Assembly: GCA_050252415.1 (NCBI GenBank) | Contig: JBFWKZ010000001.1 | Coordinates: 1-57,179, forward strand | DNA length: 57,179 nt | From: Oscillospiraceae bacterium | GTDB taxonomy: Bacteria > Bacillota > Clostridia > Oscillospirales > Oscillospiraceae | Direction: 5' to 3' | Shown here: positions 38,512-46,449 of the stretch, in pieces | Position numbering within the stretch: the first letter of the stretch is position 1 | Layout: each line of letters begins with the position of its first letter | Notes under the pieces: generated by a model | Databases searched by the model: none | The model's input: the letters and a program-made list of their open reading frames with translations, nothing else | What the model was told of the DNA's origin: nothing | Position numbers and translations under genes: made by a program

Positions 38512-40032
38512 GTGCAATTAATTAATGGATTTATTACGATATGTCATCCGGGCGTGCTTGCACTTTTGATAGGCGGTACCGTTCTCGGTATTGTGTTTGG
38601 CGCCATTCCCGGCCTTTCAGCATTTACCGCGCTTGCCATTATGCTTCCGCTTACGTTTGCCATGGAGCCGGTACACGGAATCTCATTTCTTGTTGCCGTG
38701 TATGTCGGCGGCTGTTCCGGCGGCCTCATTTCCGCGACTTTGCTTGGTATTCCGGGAACGCCGTCCTCTATCGCCACCTGCTTTGACGGCTATCCGATGG
38801 CACAGAAGGGTCATGCCAAAGTGGCGCTTGGAGCCGGCGTGCTGTTTTCCTTCGTGGGAGGCATGATCAGCGCCATTGCACTGACTTACCTGGGACCGCT
38901 GATTGCAAGGGTAGCACTCCGCTTTAGCCCTTATGAGTATTTTGCGGTCATTCTTCTGGCCTTGACCACGGTTTCCTCCCTTTCGGCCGGAAATATTGTC
39001 AAAGGTCTGCTCTCATGCCTACTCGGCGTTTCGCTCGCTTTTGTCGGTATTGATCAGATGAGTGCATACACCCGATACACGATGGGATTCAGTCAGCTCG
39101 ACGCGGGATTTAACCTTGTTCCGCTGCTGATCGGCGTGTTCGCGGTCGCACAGATTATGGAGTCCGCCGACGAGCGAAATTCCAAAGAAGCCACATCATG
39201 CGTCGTCATCCCTCAGACGGATAAGGTCAAAGGCTTTGGCGTCTCACCTAAGGAGTTTGTTTATCAGCTTCGAAATGCGATCCCTTCCGCGCTCATTGGC
39301 CTTGTCATCGGAATCCTTCCCGGTATTGGCGGAAACGTATCCAATCTGATGGCCTATGCCTTCGTTAAAAAGAACTCCAAGACGCCGGAAAAATTCGGGA
39401 CCGGATTTCTTGACGGTATTGTTGCCTCTGAGACGGCCAACAACGCGACGATCGGCGGAGCCTTTATTATTCTGCTGACACTTGGTATTCCGGGCGACAA
39501 TGCGACATCGATGATCTTGGCCGGATTCCAACTGCACGGTATCGCTCCAGGCCCGTTGCTGTTTAATACGAGTGCAGCGCTTGTCTATGCGATTTTTGCC
39601 GCCTACATTCTTTCAAACACGATTATGCTGATTACGGAATTCTTTGGCTTGCCGCTCTTTACCAAAGTACTCTGTGTACCGGCGCAGTTTCTCATGCCGA
39701 TTGTTATCGCGTTTTGCTTTGTCGGGTCATTCTCCGCGAACAACCGTGTTTTTGACATGATGGTTATGGTCTTTTTCGGCTTAGTGGGTTATATCATGAA
39801 AAAGTTTGCGTACCCGCTTGCGCCTATGGTGGTTGGATTCATTCTGACACCGCTGTTGGAAGAAAATCTGCGCCGCTCACTGATGCGAACGGACGGCAGC
39901 TTTATTCCAATCTTAAAGTCTCCGATTGCGGCGACATTTTTGGTATTGACAGTTGTCGTAATCGTTTTAACCGTGCGCAACGAACTGCGCGATGCAAAAA
40001 AGGAGGCAAGAGCATCCGGTATGCCTGAATGA
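38512..40032 (+). CDS. tctA: tripartite tricarboxylate transporter permease TctA
   Basis: 506-aa polytopic protein with 'GAIPGLSAFTALAIMLPLTF', 'GILPGIGGNVSNLMAY' and 'ASETANNATIGGAFIILLTLGIPGD'. Confidence 0.88.
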   Translation: MQLINGFITICHPGVLALLIGGTVLGIVFGAIPGLSAFTALAIMLPLTFAMEPVHGISFLVAVYVGGCSGGLISATLLGIPGTPSSIATCFDGYPMAQKGHAKVALGAGVLFSFVGGMISAIALTYLGPLIARVALRFSPYEYFAVILLALTTVSSLSAGNIVKGLLSCLLGVSLAFVGIDQMSAYTRYTMGFSQLDAGFNLVPLLIGVFAVAQIMESADERNSKEATSCVVIPQTDKVKGFGVSPKEFVYQLRNAIPSALIGLVIGILPGIGGNVSNLMAYAFVKKNSKTPEKFGTGFLDGIVASETANNATIGGAFIILLTLGIPGDNATSMILAGFQLHGIAPGPLLFNTSAALVYAIFAAYILSNTIMLITEFFGLPLFTKVLCVPAQFLMPIVIAFCFVGSFSANNRVFDMMVMVFFGLVGYIMKKFAYPLAPMVVGFILTPLLEENLRRSLMRTDGSFIPILKSPIAATFLVLTVVVIVLTVRNELRDAKKEARASGMPE

Positions 40033-40044
40033 AAGAGGTGTGAA

Positions 40045-40707
40045 ATGACGGATTCAAGAATAAGTTTTTTAAAAAATACAGAAACCGGGGCCATTACCGA
40101 TGCCATGAACCTCATCGGCGTTGCCGGCTGGATGGAGAATATCTACCCGGCCAATCCCGAGATGAAAATCAGCGGGAAGGCGTTTACCGTACAATTTTCC
40201 GTTGTACGCGATCCCGGGCAGGAAACCTACAACATGTTTGAGGTATTCGATCTGTGCGAGCCGGGAGATGTCGTTGTCATATCCGCGCCGAACAAAGGCG
40301 CCGTCGTTGGTGAGAATATGATGCATGCGCTGACCAACAAAGGGCTGGCCGGTATGATTTTAGATGGCAGGACGCGCGACTGGGGTGTTATTATGAACGC
40401 CGGCATACCGCATTTTTCTTGTGGGCCAGCCATTATGCTGCCGGCCAATTTCAGGATCACGGCGGTGCAGGTGCCTGTTTTGTGCGGCGGCGTGGTTGTT
40501 GAGCCCGGCGATTATATTACCGGTGACATCGACGGCGTAATCGCCATTCCCAAATCCAGGATTGACGATGTGATTTACCAGGCTGAAATGGTTGCCGAAG
40601 TGGAAAGCGAGCTTGAGCAGGCGCTCAATCAAAAGCTGGAAATGTGCGAGATCGTTTCCGTATCAAAAAAGAAAAAAAGTCCCCGCACTGCAGAAGCGGA
40701 CAAATAG
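40045..40707 (+). CDS. RraA-family protein (class II 4-hydroxy-2-oxoacid aldolase / oxaloacetate decarboxylase-like)
   Basis: 220 aa with 'GDVVVISAPNKGAVVGENMMHALTNKGLAGMILDGRTRD' and 'GGVVVEPGDYITGDIDGVIAIP'. Confidence 0.8.
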   Translation: MTDSRISFLKNTETGAITDAMNLIGVAGWMENIYPANPEMKISGKAFTVQFSVVRDPGQETYNMFEVFDLCEPGDVVVISAPNKGAVVGENMMHALTNKGLAGMILDGRTRDWGVIMNAGIPHFSCGPAIMLPANFRITAVQVPVLCGGVVVEPGDYITGDIDGVIAIPKSRIDDVIYQAEMVAEVESELEQALNQKLEMCEIVSVSKKKKSPRTAEADK

Positions 40708-40717
40708 GAGAGTTAGC

Positions 40718-41482
40718 ATGACGGATATCAAGAGCCGCCTGAAAAACGGCGAAAACATTTTTGGAACGATGATCAACATTGTCGATCATCCGGACATCGT
40801 AAAAATCTTTAAATCTTGTGGATTTGATTACTTCATTGTGGACTGCGAGCACGGCTGCATGAGCTATGATAAAGTGTCTGCGCTGGTTGGACTGGCAAAG
40901 GAAATGGATATTGCGGCGCTGGTGCGAATCCCAAAAGCGGACCGCGAGTCGATCCTTCGTTATATGGAAATGGGTGCGGACGGCCTGATGCTTCCAAACA
41001 CGGACACGGCGGATCAGGCGAGAGAGCTGGTGAGATATGCCAAATATGCCCCGATCGGCGAACGCGGTATTTCAATGATGCGCGGCCATAATCGGTATAT
41101 CCCTGTTGAATCCCCAGTCGACTATATGCGTGAGGCCAATGAAAACACCATTCTTATAGTACAGATTGAATCATCCGTCAGCATCTCAAATATTGAAGAG
41201 ATACTATCGGTTGAAGGAATTGACATCGCATTTATGGGACCGAGCGATTTGTGTCAAAGTCTCGGCATTTTAGGACATCTGGACAGCCCAATTTATGTAG
41301 AAGCGGTTGAAAAGGTGATTGCCGCCAGCCAAAAGCTTGGAAAAGCTTGCGGCACACAGGGAATGAATCCTGAGGCTCTGCAGATATGGGTCGATAAGGG
41401 GATGCGTTTTAATCTGTATAGTAACGAGGTTTCGATGCTGATGCGCGAAGGCAAAACAGCGATGAAAATTTTAAAAAAATAA
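40718..41482 (+). CDS. HpcH/HpaI-family aldolase (2-keto-3-deoxy-acid aldolase type)
   Basis: Start at MTDIKSRLKNGENIFGT (ATG 40718, AGGAGA RBS). 'DYFIVDCEHG', 'VRIP', 'GADGLMLPN' and 'YAPIGERG' match the family. Confidence 0.8.
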   Translation: MTDIKSRLKNGENIFGTMINIVDHPDIVKIFKSCGFDYFIVDCEHGCMSYDKVSALVGLAKEMDIAALVRIPKADRESILRYMEMGADGLMLPNTDTADQARELVRYAKYAPIGERGISMMRGHNRYIPVESPVDYMREANENTILIVQIESSVSISNIEEILSVEGIDIAFMGPSDLCQSLGILGHLDSPIYVEAVEKVIAASQKLGKACGTQGMNPEALQIWVDKGMRFNLYSNEVSMLMREGKTAMKILKK

Positions 41483-41570
41483 TCAAAAAAAATTCAGAAG
41501 CCACGCAGGAAAAATCTGTGTGACTTTTAGAATAAAATCCAAAGAGGCTTCAGCAAAGAAAGTGATTTTT

Positions 41571-41608
41571 ATAAAAAACTGCGGCGGAACGCTTGGCGAT
41601 CCGCCGTC
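41571..41608 (-). terminator. intrinsic terminator of the deacetylase gene
   Basis: The minus strand reads GACGGCGGA-tcgccaagcgt-TCCGCCGC followed by agtttttta. Confidence 0.6.
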
Positions 41609-41611
41609 ATT

Positions 41612-42508
41612 TTATGCGCTGTCAAGTATGGACTGGACAGGAAGAAGACAGGTTCGATTATAACGTGGAATGTTGTTAAGGCATTTTTCATCGCGGGTGA
41701 CGTAAAAAGTACTGGAATCCGAACCCAATGTCGCCAAGAATCCAAGATTTCGGATCACAGAAGCGCTGTCCTGCGGTACGGCGCCAGATGGATAGGTAAA
41801 CGTGTTTGGCACGATGCCGAGCTCATCCCGGAAGCGGTTTTGCATCTTTGTGACGTCGGTATAAAGCCATGTACGATAGGCCACAAGTTTTTCCCCGACA
41901 TAATGGCCTGTGCCGATATAATTTTTTTTAAAATATTGCAAATCATAAGTGTAGTTTTGCAGCTCGATGACGCCGCTTTTTTGCATTTCACGAAGCTGAT
42001 CCCATGTGCAGCGGGCATAATTTTCGTTTGTATCCGGCTTGACGGTATACTTATCGGTCTCGGCGCCGACGACGGAAAAGACAGCCCGCAGATCATACGC
42101 CCTGAGAATGGGATAGGCATAGAGATAATTGTTGTAATACCCGCCGTCGATTGTGACCATGACCGGCTGTTCCGGCAGCGGGGTTCCGTACTTCACATAG
42201 GCTATAATATCCGCCATAACGACCGTGTGATAACCGGAATCCCTGAGATACGCCATGTCATGGCGGAAGCTTTCGGTCGTTATCACATCGTCACCGGATT
42301 TTTCAGGGTCGCTGATAATGGCGTGATACACGAATACCGGTAGCTTGATGCGCTCGGCATCATTAACGCCCGGAGACATCCGCGCGGCAACCGCACCGAG
42401 AGAGGCCATCGCAGACACGACGGCGATAAGCGTAATCACAATTTTGAATTTAAAAAGCTTTCGTTCAAACCGCGCTCTCTTATCCCACACGAATATCATC
42501 TCCTCCAT
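41612..42508 (-). CDS. membrane-anchored polysaccharide deacetylase (NodB-homology) family protein
   Basis: 298 aa with an N-terminal TM helix. 'LPVFVYHAI', 'VMVTIDGGYYNNY' and 'FTYPSGA' are typical of NodB-type deacetylases. Confidence 0.75.
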   Translation of the reverse strand: MEEMIFVWDKRARFERKLFKFKIVITLIAVVSAMASLGAVAARMSPGVNDAERIKLPVFVYHAIISDPEKSGDDVITTESFRHDMAYLRDSGYHTVVMADIIAYVKYGTPLPEQPVMVTIDGGYYNNYLYAYPILRAYDLRAVFSVVGAETDKYTVKPDTNENYARCTWDQLREMQKSGVIELQNYTYDLQYFKKNYIGTGHYVGEKLVAYRTWLYTDVTKMQNRFRDELGIVPNTFTYPSGAVPQDSASVIRNLGFLATLGSDSSTFYVTRDEKCLNNIPRYNRTCLLPVQSILDSA

Positions 42509-42604
42509 AGCAGTATACGTCGTTCCGAGCGCTATAACAGCGTTAATAACAGGCAGGAGCGGGAGATATTTAAAATATAAAAAGTTCCAATTTAATTAAA
42601 GATG

Positions 42605-42957
42605 TGGTATAATAGCCGCAAAGCGGCTATTATACCCGGCATGCCGGACGGTTCCGCCTTTGGCGGGAGTCCGGCTGCCATTTCTGTCGCGACCGCCTCG
42701 CCCCTTGTGGGGCAACCGGCGGCGATGACAATTATACCATGAATTCGAAAAATTCATGGTATAATAACCGCAAAGCGGCTATTATACCCGGCATGCCGGA
42801 CGGTTCCCTTTGGCGGGAGTCCGGCTGCCATTTCTGTCGCGACCGCCTCGCCCCTTGTGGGGCAACCGGCGGCGATGACAATTATACCATGAATTCGAAA
42901 AATTCATGGTATAATAACCGCAAAGCGGCTATTATACCCGGCATGCCGGACGGTTCC
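42605..42957. repeat. 2.3 tandem copies of a ~150-bp highly structured non-coding repeat
   Basis: Unit 1 is 42605-42756 (152 bp), unit 2 is 42757-42906 (150 bp), and a partial unit 3 is 42907-~42957. The units differ only by one G/A change and a 2-nt indel. Each unit begins with TGGTATAAT and contains four GC-rich hairpins. Confidence 0.9.
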
Positions 42958-43090
42958 GCTTCGCTCTGCTACGGAACGCACCGGCGGCGAGTGTGCACGC
43001 CCCCGGAAGTGACAGATTTGAATTTATTTCCGCCGTGCTCGGCGAAAATTTAAGCGAGGCTTCTCATAGTCGCATAGTTTTGACAGGCTG

Positions 43091-43123
43091 AGATACCACA
43101 AAGCTTATCGCTTTGTGGTATCT
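43091..43123 (+). promoter_or_regulatory. perfect 14-bp-stem hairpin in the uvrB leader/promoter region
   Basis: AGATACCACAAAGC-ttatc-GCTTTGTGGTATCT, 70 nt upstream of the uvrB ATG. No U-tract follows. Confidence 0.4.
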
Positions 43124-43192
43124 TGATATCCTAGCGTTATACGATGAGAGACGGGCGGCTGCGGCTGCATATGAGGAGGATTTAGGGAACAT

Positions 43193-45157
43193 ATGTCGGA
43201 TTTTCACGTCAAAAGTGAATATAGCCCCTCCGGCGATCAGCCGGAGGCGATTGAGGCGCTTGTCAAGGGTGTGGAAAATGGCATTGAGGAACAGGTGCTC
43301 CTTGGTGTCACCGGTTCCGGAAAGACCTATACCATGGCGAAGGTCATTGAGCGGCTTGGAAGACCCGCGCTGATCCTTGCGCATAACAAGACGCTTGCCG
43401 CCCAGCTCTGCTCCGAGTTCCGCGAATTTTTTCCCGATAATGCCGTTGAGTATTTCGTCTCCTACTACGACTATTATCAGCCGGAGGCATATATTCCGCA
43501 TACGGACACCTTTATCGAAAAAGACAGCAGCATCAATGATGAGATCGAGCGCCTGCGCCACTCTGCGACCGCCAGTCTCTTCGAGCGGCGGGACGTTATC
43601 GTCGTGGCTTCCGTCTCCTGCATATACGGACTGGGCGACCCCATCGATTATGCCAACATGGTCATCTCTGTCCGTCCGGGACAGCGCAGAGACCGGGACG
43701 AGCTCATGCGAAAGCTTATCGACATCCGCTATGAGCGAAACGATATCGCCTTCGAGCGGAATATGTTCCGGGTTCGCGGCGACACGGTGGAAATATTTCC
43801 GGCATATGCGACCGACAAGGCGATCCGTATTGAGTTTTTCGGTGATGAGGTGGACAGAATAAGTGAGATAAATGTTGTCACCGGAACGGCACAGCGCTCG
43901 CTGCAGCATGTGGCGATCTACCCTGCCAGCCACTATGTCACGACCAAGGAAAAGATGGAGGCCGCAATCCACGAAATCCGTGCCGAGTGCGATGAGCGGG
44001 TAAAGTTTTTTGAGGATAATGGCAAGCTTTTGGAGGCCCAGAGAATAAAGCAGCGCACAATGTATGATATTGAGATGATGCAGGAGCTCGGCTATTGCTC
44101 CGGCATTGAGAATTATTCCCGCATTATAAGCGGGAGAGCGCCCGGCTCGCCGCCCATGACGCTGCTCGACTATTTTCCGAAGGATTTCATCCTGTTTGTG
44201 GATGAGAGCCACGTCACCCTGCCGCAGGTGCGCGCCATGTATGCCGGCGACAGGGCGAGGAAAGAGACCCTGGTCGAATACGGCTTTCGGCTGCCCTCGG
44301 CTTTTGATAACCGGCCGCTTAAATTTGATGAGTTCAACGCGCACATCAATCAGGCCGTCTATGTCTCCGCCACACCCGGCGATTATGAGCGCGAACGTGC
44401 GGGACAGATTGCCGAGCAGATCATCCGCCCGACGGGACTGCTGGACCCCGTTATCGTTGTCCGGCCGGTCGAGGGCCAAATCGACGACCTCATCGGAGAG
44501 ATCACAAAGCGCGTGGAGAAAAGCGAGCGCACGCTCGTGACGACCCTGACGAAGAAAATGGCGGAGGACCTGACCAATTACCTCACCGGCGCGGGCGTCC
44601 GATGCCGGTATATGCACCACGACATCGGGACTATCGAGCGCATGGAGATCATCCGCTCGCTGAGGCTTGGCGAATTCGACGTGCTGGTCGGCATCAATCT
44701 CCTGCGCGAGGGGCTGGATTTACCGGAGGTCAGCCTTGTCGCGATACTCGATGCGGACAAGGAGGGTTTCCTGCGCAGTGAGACGAGCCTTATCCAGACC
44801 ATAGGCAGGGCCGCGCGCAATGCGGACGGCACAGTGATCATGTATGCCGACATCGAGACCCGATCGATGAAGGCGGCGATCGATGAGACAAACCGGCGCC
44901 GTGCAAAGCAGATGGCGTATAACGAGAAAAACGGCATCACGCCAAAGACGATCATCAAGAGCGTCCGGGACATTATAGAGATATCCGGCAGTGTTGACAA
45001 TGCACCTCGAAAAGACGGAATCACCATGACGGCGCGTGAACGCAGAGAAGAGATCGCCAAACTGGAGAAAGAGATGAAGAAGGCGTCTCAGATGCTCGAG
45101 TTCGAGTATGCCGCCATACTGCGCGACAGAATTATAAAACTCCGCGGAGAGAGCTGA
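43193..45157 (+). CDS. uvrB: excinuclease ABC subunit B
   Basis: 654 aa with 'GDQPEAI', 'GVTGSGKT', 'DESHVT', helicase motifs and a C-terminal UVR domain '[11 protein letters not shown]'. Confidence 0.97.
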   Translation: MSDFHVKSEYSPSGDQPEAIEALVKGVENGIEEQVLLGVTGSGKTYTMAKVIERLGRPALILAHNKTLAAQLCSEFREFFPDNAVEYFVSYYDYYQPEAYIPHTDTFIEKDSSINDEIERLRHSATASLFERRDVIVVASVSCIYGLGDPIDYANMVISVRPGQRRDRDELMRKLIDIRYERNDIAFERNMFRVRGDTVEIFPAYATDKAIRIEFFGDEVDRISEINVVTGTAQRSLQHVAIYPASHYVTTKEKMEAAIHEIRAECDERVKFFEDNGKLLEAQRIKQRTMYDIEMMQELGYCSGIENYSRIISGRAPGSPPMTLLDYFPKDFILFVDESHVTLPQVRAMYAGDRARKETLVEYGFRLPSAFDNRPLKFDEFNAHINQAVYVSATPGDYERERAGQIAEQIIRPTGLLDPVIVVRPVEGQIDDLIGEITKRVEKSERTLVTTLTKKMAEDLTNYLTGAGVRCRYMHHDIGTIERMEIIRSLRLGEFDVLVGINLLREGLDLPEVSLVAILDADKEGFLRSETSLIQTIGRAARNADGTVIMYADIETRSMKAAIDETNRRRAKQMAYNEKNGITPKTIIKSVRDIIEISGSVDNAPRKDGITMTARERREEIAKLEKEMKKASQMLEFEYAAILRDRIIKLRGES

Positions 45158-45247
45158 AAAAGGTCGAAATTTCGCGTATTCGCATTGACAGGGCAATGTG
45201 ACTGTTATATTCTAAAAGGTACACTGCCACTTGGATTGGAGTCAGCT

Positions 45248-46444
45248 ATGGATAAGCATTTGGGGGTATATATCCATATACCCTTTTGTGCCAGCAAGTG
45301 CCGCTACTGTGATTTCTACTCACAGCCCGGCACCGGCGGAATCATGAACAAATACCTTCGCGCGCTGAATCAGCATATTGCCGAGTCATCGGCCATGATG
45401 GCGCCGTATTATATCGATACCTTATATTTTGGCGGAGGAACGCCCAGCTACTTCGGCGCAAGACGGATCTGCGAGGTGCTCAATACCGTCAAGCGTTCGG
45501 CCAAGCTTTTGAAAAGTGCGGAGATAACGGTTGAGGTGAACCCCGACAGCATTACAAAGCACGATTTGGTCCGACTGAAAAACGAGGGCGTTAACCGCCT
45601 GTCTATCGGCGTACAGTCGGCAAATGACGATATTTTGAAGCTTATCGGACGCCGCCACAACTTCAAGCAGGCGGTAAAGGCCTTCAAAAATGCGAGAGAC
45701 GTCGGCTTTGCCGACATCAGTATCGACCTCATCTACGGCCTGCCGAGCCAGAGCCGAAACGATTGGGCGGACACGCTGTCCCGTGCAATGGCGCTCAGGC
45801 CGGACCATATCTCCTGCTATGGGCTGAAGCTTGAGGAGGGGACACCGATGTGGAACGACCGCGAATCGGCCATAATGCCGACGGACGACGATCAGGCGGA
45901 CATGTATCTGTATGCCGTTGAGACTCTTGAGCGATACGGCTATAACCAGTATGAGATTTCAAACTTCTGCTTTGAAGGCCATGAGTCCCGCCACAATCTC
46001 AAATACTGGCGTTTGGAGGACTATGCGGGTTTCGGTCCCGCAGCGCACTCCTGCATCGATGGGCTGCGGTATAGCTATGTGCGCGATTTGAAGCGGTATA
46101 TCGACGGCGTCTTGGGGCATGAGAGCATTCTCGACGAATATGAGAAGATCGATCGGCTGGACAGGGCCGCCGAGTATATCATGCTTGGTATGCGCACGGC
46201 CCTTGGTATAAGTGCGGAGGAATATCATAAGGTTTATCGCAGCAATTTTGCCCCGTTGGAAAAAATGCTGCGCGAAATGGAAAAGCGCGGCTGGGCACAA
46301 TGTGACAACGGGCACTGGCGGTTTACCCCGCAGGGCTTTTTGATCTCCAATACGCTTATAAACATATTGCTTGATGCTCAGGCGGAATATAAGCTGAGCG
46401 GTAATCCCTGGGTACGCGATGAGGTTAACCAGACTAGAAATTAA
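45248..46444 (+). CDS. hemW: radical SAM family heme chaperone HemW (oxygen-independent coproporphyrinogen-III-oxidase-like)
   Basis: Start at MDKHLGVYIHIPFCASKCRYCDFYS (CxxxCxxC), preceded by a GGAG RBS. 'TLYFGGGTPS' and a HemN_C-like C-terminus are also present. Confidence 0.9.
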   Translation: MDKHLGVYIHIPFCASKCRYCDFYSQPGTGGIMNKYLRALNQHIAESSAMMAPYYIDTLYFGGGTPSYFGARRICEVLNTVKRSAKLLKSAEITVEVNPDSITKHDLVRLKNEGVNRLSIGVQSANDDILKLIGRRHNFKQAVKAFKNARDVGFADISIDLIYGLPSQSRNDWADTLSRAMALRPDHISCYGLKLEEGTPMWNDRESAIMPTDDDQADMYLYAVETLERYGYNQYEISNFCFEGHESRHNLKYWRLEDYAGFGPAAHSCIDGLRYSYVRDLKRYIDGVLGHESILDEYEKIDRLDRAAEYIMLGMRTALGISAEEYHKVYRSNFAPLEKMLREMEKRGWAQCDNGHWRFTPQGFLISNTLINILLDAQAEYKLSGNPWVRDEVNQTRN

Positions 46445-46449
46445 AAGGT

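Noticed and set aside
42605-42957. Possible CRISPR array
   Set aside because: The ~150-bp period is entirely repeated sequence with no unique spacers. There are only 2.3 copies and no cas genes. It is not CRISPR.
42739-43053. 104-aa ORF with an internally duplicated peptide (MNSKNSWYNNRKAAIIPGMPDGS x2)
   Set aside because: The duplication is simply the DNA tandem repeat read in one frame. The ORF has no RBS, its composition is unnatural, and it runs through GC-rich hairpins. I treated it as non-coding repeat.
43064-44620. 518-aa ORF on the minus strand
   Set aside because: It lies entirely antisense to uvrB, whose identity is unambiguous. Its translation is low-complexity and R/G/D/L-rich with no motifs. 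Long antisense ORFs of this kind are a codon-bias shadow in GC-biased genes.
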